Part shown: in pieces, positions 49,699-64,000 of the stretch
Layout: the number at the start of each line of letters is the position of its first letter
Position numbering within the stretch: position 1 is the first letter of the stretch
Assembly (NCBI RefSeq): GCF_006345805.1
Contig: NC_043018.1
Location: 20,770,001 to 20,834,000, forward strand
Source of the DNA: Octopus sinensis
Lineage: Eukaryota
DNA length: 64,000 bases
Direction: 5' to 3'
Notes under the pieces: generated by a model
The model's database searches: none
What the model saw: the letters and a program-made list of their open reading frames with translations, nothing else
What the model was told of the DNA's origin: nothing
Translations under genes and position numbers: made by a program

Positions 49699-50102
49699 CG
49701 GCGCTGGATTAACAACAATTAGGGCATCGAGGGGAGGAGGAAGAGGACACCACAGAAATGGTAAATGGTTTACGGCACAAAAGAAATCACTTTAAACTCG
49801 CTAAAATAATATTCGAGATGCCTTTATCTCTACTAAGTGTGTGTGTTACCTAAGGATTAATTTTGAGAATCTGATCAAAGACTTTGCAATTCAAAAAAGT
49901 AGGAGGAAACTTTTCAAATATAAAATGAAATTATACAAAGATAAACATTATTCTTCCTCTTATTGTTTTGTATGTTTCGTTTTGAAAAGCAAAAGTTGTT
50001 TTATGGTTTGTCATTGTTTATATTTTGAATTACATAATCTTTTATGGGGGCACGAAAATCTTTTAAGTGCTTAGGGCCTCGATGGATCTTAATCCGGCCC
50101 TG
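49699..50102. mobile_element. hAT-type MITE
   Basis: Ends CGGCGCTGGATTAA / TTAATCCGGCCCTG; perfect 8-bp TSD GGGTTAGC (49691-49698, 50103-50110). Confidence 0.75.
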
Positions 50103-50249
50103 GGGTTAGCCAATTACTTTAACACCAGTCTCTGACGGTTTTTCAAGTCATTCTTACAAGCTTCTCTATATGCGCAGGTATGGTTGTGTGGCACCGGGTT
50201 CGATCCCACGGCATGGCACACTTGGCAGGTATCTAGCATCAAGTAGCAG

Positions 50250-50281
<32 letters not shown>

Positions 50282-50509
50282 ATTTATTTTTGTCCGTCCC
50301 ACCAACAGCGCTTGATGTCCGGGGCTGGTTTGTTCAGGTCCCAGTAACTTAGCAGTTCAGCAAAAGAGAACGATAAAAATGGGAATAAACTTTGAAAAGA
50401 ACAAGTAGTGGGGTCGGTTTGTTCGGCTTAACCCTTCAATGTGTTTCCCCTGCATGGTTGCAATCCGATCACTGAAACAAGAAAACGACTAAAAAACTAA
50501 AAGAAAAAA

Positions 50510-51110
50510 GACTAAAAAGACAATAAGAGAATAAAAGAGTAAAAGAATGAAAGAATAGAATAATAAAAGAATGAAAGAATAAAAGAATGAAAGAATAAAA
50601 GAATAAAAGAATAAAAGAATAAAAGAATAAAAGAATTTAATAAAAGAATGAAAGAATAAAAGAATGAAAGAATAGAATAATAAAAGAATGAAAGAATAAA
50701 AGAATTAAAGAATAGAATAATAAAAGAATAAAAGAATAAAAGAATAAAAGAATTTAATAAAAGAATGAAAGAATAAAAGAATGAAAGAATGAAAGAATAA
50801 AAGAATGAAAGAATAGAATAATAAAAGAATGAAAGAATAAAAGAATTAAAGAATAAAAGAATGAAAGAATAAAAGAATAAAAGAATTAAAGAATGAAAGA
50901 ATAAAAGAATGAAAGAATTAAAGAATTAAAGAATAAAAGAAAGAAAGAATAAAAGAATTAAAGAATGAAAGAATAAAAAAATAAAAGAATAAAAGAATTA
51001 AAGAATAAAAGAATTAAAGAATGAAAGAATAAAATAATAAAAGAATTAAAGAATAAAATAATAAAAGAATTAAAGAATAAAAGAATGAAAGAATGAAAGA
51101 ATAAAAGAAT
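50510..51110. repeat. (AAAGAAT[A/G/T])n purine-rich satellite grown from a SINE A tail
   Basis: Directly follows a degenerate SINE A copy; about 8-bp units with variants. Confidence 0.9.
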
Positions 51111-53996
51111 ATAGTTCAGTTATATTTATGAGAAGAGAACGTTTAACGTTATTGTCAAATGGTCGAGGAATAAAAGACAATTTTATTGTAAAACTGGGAC
51201 GGTGTGTGTGTGTGTGCGTGTGTGTGTGTGTTGATGTGTTTGTACTCGTGCGTTTCTTTGTGTGCTTGAGTGTGTGAGCGTGTCTGCTTGTGTGTTCGTG
51301 CATATAGGTATTGATGTATGTTTGTGTGTGTTTGTGCTTGTGTGTTTGTGTGTGTGTTTGTGTGTGTTGGCGTATGTATTTTGCTTGTACGTGTATATTT
51401 GTGTATGACACACTGTGTGCGTATTTGTGTGTTTGTGTGCGTGTCTGTGTTTGTACGTGTGTGTGTGTGTGTGTTTGTGTGTATTTGTGCGTGTATTTAT
51501 TGATGTATGTTTGTATGTTCGTGCGTGTTGATGTGTATTTATTTGTATTTTGTATTTTGCTTGTGCTTGTGTGTGTGTGTGTGTGTGTATGCGTGTGTGT
51601 CTGTGTATCGGCGTGTGTGTGTGTGTGTGTGTGTGTGCGTGTGTGTGTGTGTTACACTTTCATTTCTTTATATAGGATTCGGTTCAAGTACATACATCCA
51701 TAGGTTGTTTATTCCCTAAATATCTCTCCTCACCTCACCAAGCAGACCAAAACTTAAGAACATGCTAACCGTGACCTTGTCCACCGAGGATTAAATGACA
51801 GAAGCCGTATAGTGAAATCAACGTGGGGAATGAAATATCCTTCTTCAAAGTACAGTCGGCAGAATGTAAATAAAAGTAAAATAGGAGAGTTTTACATCTT
51901 CTGTGTCTGAAAAGTCTGGCTGCAACTGATGGGTAACGCAAGACAATGACTTACATTTTGTTTTAAAGAATGAATTCATCTTAAGGAACCGAAGAGCTGA
52001 GAGATAGTCTTAAGTTGGATTGTACTTTAGAAGGAATAACATTCCATTGAATAAAAGTGGGGATGTACAGGTTGTGTTCACTGCGGAACCAGTTCTACAG
52101 AACATATTTTAAGGGGGTCAAAGTTGGCACCCACCTAGGATTCGATGCAACAGAAAGTGCAGTGATACATAGTAGATGTTAATAAGATGCATATTCCTCA
52201 AAGTGAACCCAGTTACAAAATCTTTTAAAATATTACTAAAGATAACTGCAGAAATAATCTCTTGGATTAGCATTTTGTTAAATTTAATAGCTCTCCGTTA
52301 CTCCATCCACTCCGTTCTTTCACTCAGCCTCATAGATAATCCCTATTACCAAATTTTATATATCCAATGAAACTGACTGTAAACATATTTAACTGCACGT
52401 ACAGTACATCGCACGTATATACAAATGTTATTTTACGAAGTATAGCTAATCATGTGTCTAAGACTAAGACTATACTTTAGTTGGACTGTTTTCCAATTAG
52501 TTTCAGCTTTAAGAAATAAGACTAGTTGAAGAACCCAAGCAATTTAATTAAAATCGGGTAATATATAGCCAGTTCGTTAATTGCATCAGGTTGGTGTTAA
52601 TAAGCTTGAGATCTATGGCTTTGCACATCGAAGGTAAAGAATCAATACAAATTTAATTACAGCGGGTTCTCAAACATCGTTCACCTCATTTTAAGTCGAA
52701 TTAAATTCAAAATGGCGCCGGTGGAGATATGCAGAGGCTTAACTTTGGTGGAGTTAAACGGCACACGGGACCTAGGTGCGCCAAATTGTGTAGGATGTCA
52801 TTTTATAGGTTCGAGCGTGGGTGTAGCTCTATGGTAAGAGGTTTGCTCCCCAACTATATGGTTCCGGGTTCAATCCCCAAAATGCATAGCGAATTGGGAG
52901 TTTCTTACGCTATAGATCTGGGCCAACCAAAGCCTTGAGAGTGGATTTCGTAGACGGAAACTGAAAGAAGCTCGATATATAGATATGTATGTGTGGGGGG
53001 GGCGTCTTTGTGCCTGTGTTTGTCCCCCACCACTGCTTGACAAATAGTGTTGGTGTGTTTACGCCCCCGTAAGTTAGCGTTTCGGCAAAACAGGCCGATA
53101 GAATGATACCAGGTTTTAAAAAAAAAGGGGGCGAGCTGGTTGAATCGTTAGCACGCCAGGAGAAATGCTTATCGGTATTTCGTCCGCCGCTACGTTCTGA
53201 GTTCAAATTCCGCCGAGGTCGACTTTGCCTTTCATCCTTTCGGGGTCGATTAAATAAGTACCAGTTACGCACTGGGGTCGATGTAATCGACTTAATCCGT
53301 TTGTCTGTCCTTGTTTGTCCTCTCTGTGTTTAGCCCCTTGTGGGTAGTAAAAAAAATAGGTATTTCGTTTGCCGTTACATTCTGAGTTCAAACTCCGCCG
53401 AGGTCGACTCTGCCTTTCATCCTTTCGGGGGTCGATTAAATATGTACCAGTTACGCACTGGGGTCGATATAATCGACTTAATCCGTTTGTCTGTCCTTGT
53501 TTGTCCTCTCTGTGTTTAGCCCCTTGTGGGTAGTAAAAAAAAAAAGGTATTTCGTTTGCCGTTACATTCTGAGTTCAAACTCCGCCGAGGTCGACTCTGC
53601 CTTTCATCCTTTCGGGGGTCGATTAAATAAGTACCAGTTACGCACTGGGGTCGATGTAATCGACTTAATCCGTTTGTCTGTACTTGTTTGTCCTCTCTGT
53701 GTTTAGCCCCTTGCGGGTAGTAAAGAAATAGGTTTTTAAAAGAAGCAATAAAACACTGCAGTCGATTCTTCAAGGCGGTGCCCCAGCATGGCCGCAATCC
53801 AATGACTGAAACAAGTAAAAGATACAAGACATATAATACAGGTAATAGAGAAAAACGGAACAAATATCAGAAAGGCAAATGACGTCGAAAAGTTGGTTTT
53901 CTTGTAAGGTAACATTCACGAAGAAAATGAAAGAACATTTATGGAATTAAGAATAATAGACTGAAATGAGACAATAAATCTAAATTCTAGAAGATA

Positions 53997-54949
53997 TCTT
54001 TATACAGGGTCAGGCAAAATGATCTGACACATTTGTAGGTTAAATAAAAGGCATTGCTTTTCGTTTCTTTTTCAGTTGCTGCCATGAATTGGACTGGTGG
54101 GCATCGCGCTTTCGTTGTGGAAACGTTTATCAAAACAAACGATTCTGTAACTGCAACACAAAGAGCGTTCCGTTTGCACTTCAATCTTGGTAGACATGAT
54201 CCCGTACCAGCTCGAAACGCGATCTTGTTATGGGTTACCAACTTCAGAGCTACTGGATCTGCATTGAAACGAAAATCAACCGGCCGACCTCGCACCGCCA
54301 GAACTTAAAGATGCAATTCGTCAAGAAATTACTGCCATTCCACATGAAATGACCCGCCGAGTTATTGACAACTTTCGTGAACGCCTTCGACAGTGTGTGG
54401 ACAATAATGGATCCCATTTGACTGATTTAATTTTTAAAACATAATGAAACAAAATGGCATTATATGTACTTTTCAAAAATAAAAACACTTTTTTGTTTCT
54501 TTACTTCATTTGCCTTTTATTTAACCTACAAATGTGTCAGATCATTTTGCCTGACCCTGTATATAAAAGTCAAGTCGTGTGTCTGTCTCTTACGATTTAG
54601 ATTCCTAACTACTCCCACATTTTGCGGTGCAGTTTAACCAAAACCGGGTATCTTATAGTCGTGTTTCATATCGAGCCCTTCTGGGTATTAGCGCGCGTCT
54701 ACGATGAGTCTACGATTAAAAAAAAATTTACCATAATTTTTTCCATTTTAATGCATCTTTTTCGCTATTATATAAGGGAAGTAACTCTCTAAAAATGTCT
54801 ACGATGAGTCAACGATTTTAAAAAAATTTACCATAATTTTTTTTCCATTTTTAATGCATTTTTATGCTATTTTTTGGCTATAACTCTCTAAAAATGCTTA
54901 TATAGTTATTTCCCTTACAAACCCGAGCAACGCCGGGCGATACTGCTAG
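53997..54949 (+). mobile_element. Non-autonomous Helitron interrupted near its 5' end by a mariner element
   Basis: A|TC 5' end at 53997; GC hairpin CCCGAGCAACGCCGGG (54922-54937) then CTAG|T 3' end. Confidence 0.8.
54005..54559 (+). mobile_element. Mariner-like internal-deletion derivative, 49-bp perfect TIRs, TA TSD
   Basis: Transposase N-terminal HTH (MNWTGGHRAFVVETF...QRAFRLHF...GRPRTART, ATG 54084) joined out of frame to the C-terminus (ELKDAIRQEI...RQCVDNNGSHL..IFKT*, stop 54444). Confidence 0.92.
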
Positions 54950-55156
54950 TACAACATAATAGAGAATTTAAATACTTGCTATTTAATTGGTTTTTCATTC
55001 CAGTTCCCAGTTTGACCAAATAAATATGATTTGAGACAGAACGCGTGGGACAAAAGCGAAACGGATTCCTTTGATAATTATTAATTGTTCGAAAATAATT
55101 AACTGTCATGAGAACGGCGGCTAGCACGAGTCAGAGTGATGCTATACATATTCAGT

Positions 55157-55542
55157 AGGAGGCGCAATGGTCCAGTGGTTAGGGCAGCGGACTAGTGGTC
55201 ATAGGATCACGGTTTCGATTCCCAGACCGGGCGTTGTGAGTGTTTATTGAGCGAAAACACCTAAAAGCTCCACGAGGCTCCGGCAGGGGATGGTGGTGAT
55301 CCCTGCTGTACTCTTTCACAAACAACTTTCTCTCACTCTTACTTCCTGTTTCTGTTGTACCTGTATTTCAAAGGGCCGGCCTTGTCACTCTCTGTGTCAC
55401 GCTGAATATCCCCGAGAACTACGTTAAGGGCACACGTGTCTGTGGAGTGCTCAGCCACTTACACGTTAATTTCACGAGCAAGCTGTTCCGTTGATTCGGA
55501 TCAACCGGAACCCTCGTCGTCGTAACCGACGGAGTGCTTCCA
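55157..55542 (+). mobile_element. tRNA-derived SINE family D with perfect 13-bp TSD. Other copies 42193-42550+ and 63962-64000+ (partial)
   Basis: GGAGGCGCAATGG.CCAGTGGTTAGGGCAGCGGAC...GGTTTCGATTCC head; TSD ATACATATTCAGT at 55144-55156 and 55543-55555. Confidence 0.92.
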
Positions 55543-56073
55543 ATACATATTCAGTCTGGATATGACGTTCCAGTATATTTGAGTTTGTTTGCTGAATTTA
55601 TAAATACGGTCCTCAAACGCTTTTTAGATTAACTGGTTCGAGGCAGCTTTGGCTGGGTGGGGGGCAACGATATCGAAATACTTGCTGTCCCAAAGTTCCT
55701 TTATTCTAATTAGCAAACACACATTCGTCTGAAATCTGCTGTTTTTCAACATATTTATGTTCAAATTCTACAACCTCACTGCCTTAATAATCCTTTCTAC
55801 TTATGGGCACAAGGCCTGAAATTTTGGGGGAGGAGACCAGTCGATTACATCGACCTCAGTTTTTTCACTGGTACTTAATTTATCGAGACCCGAAAGAATG
55901 AAAGGCAAAGTCGACCTCGGCGGAATTTGAACTCAGAACGTAGCGATGGGGGGAAATATCGCAATGCATTTTGCCCAACTTGCTAACGATGCAGCCAGCT
56001 CGCCACTTTTCACCGCCTTAACAATAACAATAATAATAATAAATAATAATAAATAATAATAACAATAATAATA

Positions 56074-56136
<63 letters not shown>

Positions 56137-57239
56137 TGCCAAAAATCGTATTAACTGGAACGGCTCATGTACTGAGACGAGCATGATCGCTGTGAAAACA
56201 ACATCCATCCATGAATTTATTTATTTATTAATTTTTAAATACATATTTTATCTGTGAATTTGCGCATGTAATCTGGGAATGCATACAATGAGCTTCTCTG
56301 CCCTAGGTGTATGGAAAACACTCGGCGAGAAACGGAAGAAAATTTGAAGAAAGAAGGAAAAAACAATAATAATAATAATAACAGTAATAATAATCCTTTC
56401 TACTAAAAGTATAAGGCCTGGAATTTTAGGAGTGGGGACTAGTCTATTACATCCACACCAGTTTTTCACAGATACTTATTTTATCGATCTCGAAAGGATG
56501 AATGGCTAAGTCGACCTCGACGGAATAATATAATAATAATAATAATAATGTCTAATGTTGGCACAACGCCAGAAATAGATTGGTTGGAGTTGAACTGTGT
56601 AACAGTTGATAGTCACCAAGGTACTATCAACGGTAGAATTGAACTCGAGAGCACATGGTTTCGAAGCAGACTTTTTAACCACACAGCCATGTCTTTCTAA
56701 ATAACCTACCTTTTCTTTAAAAATCAATTTACTTCTCTTTTGTTTAAGTTTAAATAAAATAAATACAATTGTATTTTGCTCGAATTAAAATAATTATTTT
56801 TCTTTTTTTCTTTTTTCCCAAGAATTGTAAAATGTTTCAGGTACCATTCTTCCTTTTATAACTTTGGCCAATTGTTGAAATCATTAGTATAAAATAACTA
56901 TTGAAAATTTTGGTATTTAACACTTCTAATGCTAGTAGATATTTCTATCATATATTTATGTGAGGTGGGAATTTTTCACCATTTTCCTTTCTGTCGTTTT
57001 CTGTTTTGGTTTTTGTTTTTGTTTTGTTTTTGCCTTTACCATTTTCTTTTTCTTTTATTCTGTTCGATATTTTCCACGTTCATCATATATTGTTACTGTT
57101 TTAATATTCCAATAGGTTTTGTGTAAAAACTGAGTATCAAAAACCCACCGGAGGTAAAAAACAAAATAACGAATAATATGAAAATCCTAGAATACGTTTC
57201 ACAAAAACTGATATGCGTTTATATGTAAAGATAGATAAA

Positions 57240-59110
<1,871 letters not shown>

Positions 59111-61204
59111 TACGCTATGAAACTAACTGAACACAATAAAACAATAATTCTGTGACTGTTTCTATACAACTGCTTCGAATTCGAAGCTCAATGGAATCTG
59201 TGCTGAAATCAATATTGAACTTTCTGTTCCGATATTACACACAGACACGCACATGAACAAAAACACACACACACGTCCATACACATAGGCAGGCCTTTGC
59301 ATACAGACATGTTTTTGTTTTGTTCTGATTTATTTGGGTTTTTCTTTTTTCATACCTTTGCCCCTCCTCTTCAAATTTCTATACGCTAATTCTTTCTAAT
59401 TTTGGTACAAAGCCGGCTGTTTTAAAGGAAAGTGGATAGTCAATGACATCGACCCCCAGTGGTACTTATTTTATCGAATGAAAGGTTAAATCCAAATTCG
59501 GTGGCATTTTAACTCAGAACATAAAACCGGAAAAAATGACGCTAAACAGTTTGTCCGGCACACTCTACAATTCTGCCAGCTCGCCGCTTTAAATCTCTAT
59601 ATATAAAAATTCTAATTCTAGCACAAGGCCTGAAATTTTGTGGTAGGGGACAAGTGGATTTTCATAGCCTCAAGTGCTCGACTGATACTCATTTGATCGA
59701 CCCCGAAAGGGATAAAAAGCAAAGTTGACTTCAGCGGAATTTGAACTCAGAACGTATAGACTGTAGACGGACGAAATGTTCGGCGTGCTAACGATTCTGC
59801 CAGCTTTAAATCTCTCTATTATAAAAGCCTATATAAATGCTGGTTGGTTGATTGCGCTAGTCACGCTTTGTAGCGTATACAGAGATGAGAGAAAGAGAGA
59901 GAGAGACTGAAAAAGAGTTACAGAGGGAGAAAGAGAGAGGGGGAGTCAGTATAAGCGGTGAGGGATGAGTGCACATACTTGGCTTCGTGAAAGGCAATGA
60001 GTAAAGGAACCCAACACGTACACATACAGTGAAAGAGAGTCATACAGACAGAGGAGGAGGAGGAGGAGGAGGAGAAGGATTTATGAGATGATTAGTACAA
60101 ATTAGTAATAAGCGATTAGCATATTCCCGTTCGAATCTGCAGGAACCTGTTTAAAATGAATATCTATGTCACCGTTTTGTTCTTTTCAATTTTATTTTAA
60201 GGTAATAAATATTTTTCTTTTCTTTTTGAAAATTAGAATTCATTTCATCATTTTGTATAAGCAAGAAGAGATTTGATAAAAAACTTTAATCATAATTTAT
60301 TCTATGTATGCCATATCTTCTGATATTACTCATGATGACAAAAGTATACTTTCGAAGCTACCTGTCATATTAGAGATAAATACACAGACGCACTCGGGTG
60401 TGGTCTTCTTCTTCTTCTTCTTCTTCTTCTTCAATCAGGACTCACGTCATTAGCCACAAAGAGTAATCTCTAATTCGAGCCTACTCTAAGCTACTAAGAG
60501 TGCGTGTGGAAACTTGAAGATCCACCCATGTTGTCCGGACTTGTGCCTCGGAGCGGAACTTTCTTGGTGCAGTCCCATAGTCATTCATGACCGAAGGGGG
60601 GTCTTCACCCCTTTAATACTGAAACATTGTTACTGTTATACCGGAATTTACCCAGCGCTACTTAAAAAGAAAACCCAAACAAACAAACTAGTATGAATTA
60701 TTCTCTACACGAATAGCAATCGGGTTGTGGCGAATTACTCTCTTGTAACGACCAACTCTGGTTTGAAAATCGACACGGGTGACGAGAAGCAGGAGGTTAA
60801 ATTGGATACTGAAGTTGCAGGTACTGACTCGATAATGTACCAGTTCCAGTGTTCGATCCCCAGAAGAGGAAAAGTTGTTAAATGAAAATGCCAAACTCGC
60901 TATCTTCAAATTGGTTTCCGTGCTTATCCTCATCTGTAGTTAAGAATGTTGGATTATAACTAAAAGAGTTACGGAGATGTACTTGCATAGCAAGTGATTT
61001 GATCAGAGATCGTGTGCTGGAACGAAAACAATTGCAGCGTGGAAGGTGTTTGTAAGCCATTTAAGAAACACACAAAAGCCGTTCGATTCACTTCAACATT
61101 TAAGTTTAATTTGTCAAAATATTTTCGTCGAACGGCTTTTGTGTGTTTCTTAAATGGTTTACAAACACCTTCCAGACTAAAAGAGTATAATCGCGAATGC
61201 AAGC

Positions 61205-61590
61205 GTCTGAAATGAGGTTTCTCCGACGGATCTTTGGATTAACGTTACTGACCAAGGTGCATAGCTCGGATATCTGGAAATCTCTCCAAATCGAGCTGAT
61301 ACTTCACCGCTTTTAAGAGATCACAGCTCCGGTACTATGAACATGTGATTATAATGTCGCAGGTAAAAAGAAAATTCGCAAGATGGCTTCTTCAAACCGA
61401 GTCAATCGACAGATGTCGAAGTAGGCCAAGAATGAGATGATTAGACAATATCCGTAGTTTCTGTTAGTGGAGCTTGGTAATCCAGCCGGAAAGTAGGACA
61501 GTTGCTTCTGATAGGACCCTGTGAAGAAGTGCATGAGGACTTTATGTCCACGACTCATCCAGAAATAGTGAGCAGAGAAGATAAATGGAT
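61205..61590 (+). mobile_element. Decayed RTE-clade LINE 3' fragment
   Basis: MRFLRRIFG...SSDIWKSL and QLRYYEHV...RSRPRMR*LDNI...VASDR motifs with frameshifts and stops. Confidence 0.75.
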
Positions 61591-62154
61591 TAACGGATAA
61601 ACGGAGGAAAGGGGGGATGGAGGGATGGATATGAGCAGCAATAAGAGAAGATTATTCCTAAAAGAATGCTCCAGTGAAAGTCTGGTTTTAACCAACATAG
61701 ATTATGAAGAATAAAGAGAGCAGAAAGCAGGACACCACTGTTGGAAAAATTCCCAAACGTTATGAAACATAATCAAGAAGAGACGAAGATGTCGTGGCGA
61801 AAGGAGATGATTGCTCAAATAGCTTTTTCTTATTGAAACAATAAAATAAACAGCAGAACTGGAATTATATTCCACTTCTGAATTGCATAATTTTAGAAAT
61901 TTCCAAATACAAAATGATTTGAAAGTTTCAGTATTTTTCGTTGTCTGTTTCTACAAAAGTAATTTGAGAACGTACAAATTACTACAACAATATTTTTCCC
62001 TGTCTGTGTCGAAATAAAAATATACGAAAACGTAATTACATACATACAGACATATATGTTAATGTAAATATATATAAATGTATATATATGTACGAATGTA
62101 AAAACATGTATATGTATTTATATATACACACACACACATATATATATATATATA

Positions 62155-62196
<42 letters not shown>

Positions 62197-62262
62197 ATAT
62201 ACATATATATATATATATGTGGTGTGTGTGTGTGTATGTATATACATATATATATATATATC

Positions 62263-62298
<36 letters not shown>

Positions 62299-62311
62299 GT
62301 GTGTGTGTATG

Positions 62312-62378
<67 letters not shown>

Positions 62379-64000
62379 GTATGTATATATATATATAGGT
62401 ACACACACATATATATATATATATATACATATATATTTCTATGAGATCATCTGTCAGTTTTGTATCTGATTTTTATTACATCAGAATTTAGAAATGTTAT
62501 TATATATTTTTATGTTGTAATCATTAAAACCAATTCGATATGGCATATCTCTAAAAATTATTCAAAGCTGTCGATTTAATGTAGCGTAAATTTAAGAAGA
62601 AGAAGAAAAATTCAACACTTGCGTCACTTTGGAATAATTTGGGTAAAAATTCGTACAATTACTAGTCGTAAATCGCTTTAGAAATTTGGCTGTAATATAT
62701 TTTAAAATGTTGCAAATGTATGTAAGACTGCCATCACTTATTCTAGCCATAGTTTCTTTTTCTATGTTGTAATTTTAAAATCTACATGTGTACAATGACA
62801 AACACATATAGACTCACCTCACCGTATATTTATATATGGTTTGTTTCCTGCTTCCATATACAAACACAGCCCGATGGTTATGACGTTCGCTTTATCAGTA
62901 TAGCGATCCCGGGTTCGATATCATCTTGCACAACTGAGTTCCTTTTTTTTTTCTCCCTAGTCTCGAGGTGATCCGAGCTTTTTGACTGAAATAAGTAAAT
63001 GTAAAATATAGTTACCTATCGTTGTAGGAGTGACTGTGTAGTATAAAGTAGCTTGCTTACGAACTACATAGTTCCGGGTTCAGTCCCACTGCGTGGCACC
63101 TTGGGCAAGTGTCTTCTACTATAGCCTCGGGCTAACCAAAGCTTTGTGAGTGGATTTGGTAGACGGAAACTGAAAGAAGCCCGTCGTATATATATATGTG
63201 TGTGTGTGTTTGTATGTCTGTATTTGCCCCCCCCCCAATTGCTTTGAGAGTGGATTTGGTAGACGGAAACTGAAAGAAGCCTGTCGTATATATGTATATA
63301 TATATATGTCTGTGTGTTTGTGTGTCTGTGTTTGTCCCCCTAGCATTGCTTGACAACCAATGCTGGTGTGTTTACGTCCCCATAACTTAGCGGTTCGGCA
63401 AAAGTGACCGATCGAATAAGAACTAGGCTTACAAAGAATAAGTCCTGGGTCAATGTGCTCGACTAAAGGCGGTGCCACAGTCATTGCCCAAGGTGCCGCG
63501 CAGTGGGACTGAACCCAGAACCATGTGGTTGGTAAGCAAGCTACTTACCACACAGCCACATATATCAGACAATGCTTCATGCAAAGTATACTACTCGATA
63601 AAAAAAATAATCTATTTAAATAACAGTCAACGCATGTGATATAGATCTATGTTACAAAAACGTAATGATATGAGTAATTTTCTTATACGCAACAAAGGAA
63701 ACAGTCTGTTCCATAATGCTCGACACGCCGTGACAAGACGTGTTTTAAAATAATTAACTTTCAGAAAATAGAGTACAGAAAAAAAAAATTAATAATTCTG
63801 AAAATCTTTCGGTGAGATAAATGTTGGATGTTTATTTTATAATATAACACAGATTCGAAAAAACGTGATTTTTCGGTACGTGAAGTTCGGGTTTTTTTAA
63901 AGTGGAGGAGCGTAGCATAGGCTGTGTTTTGCGATTTGACTACACTGCAGTAAGTCGTTTGTGGAGGTGCAATGGCCCAGTGGTCAGGGCAGCGGACTCG

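Noticed and set aside
55157-55230. tRNA gene (also at 42193, 63962, 15621 and 24771)
   Set aside because: The tRNA-like heads continue into SINE bodies with tails and TSDs, and no complete cloverleaf acceptor stem is evident.
60700-60900. Coding-looking stretch SNRVVANYSLVTTNSGLKIDTGDEKQEVKLDTEVA
   Set aside because: No recognisable homology, no start codon, no convincing partner exons, and flanked by repeats; not enough support to call.

Overview
AT-rich, repeat-dense animal genomic DNA. The SINE families and very large (TA)n/(GT)n/(CAT)n microsatellites look like an octopus (coleoid cephalopod) genome; that assignment is an inference. Two spliced housekeeping genes, reconstructed by hand from splice signals and phase continuity, lie head-to-head. 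NUP107 (nucleoporin 107) is on the minus strand: 10 coding exons from the ATG at 11480 to the window edge, where it continues. BCCIP (BRCA2/CDKN1A-interacting protein, yeast Bcp1) is on the plus strand: 7 exons, 14475-29545, about 295 aa. BCCIP exon 6 carries two apparent 1-nt homopolymer deletions, most likely assembly errors. I found no host gene from about 29.8 kb to 64 kb. That region holds tRNA-derived SINEs, CR1/RTE/RLE LINE fragments, Tc1/mariner, hAT and Merlin-like MITEs, Helitron/Helentron elements, minisatellites and a 100-N gap. I found no CRISPR array, tRNA/rRNA gene or clearly new multi-gene system. The most unusual observations are a 5'-inverted (twin-priming-like) RTE insertion, a mariner deletion derivative nested in a Helitron 5' end, inverted SINE pairs bracketing BCCIP exons, long near-perfect hairpins, and a retroelement 3' piece in the probable BCCIP 3' UTR. 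No database searches were run; protein and family identifications rest on recalled motif similarity.
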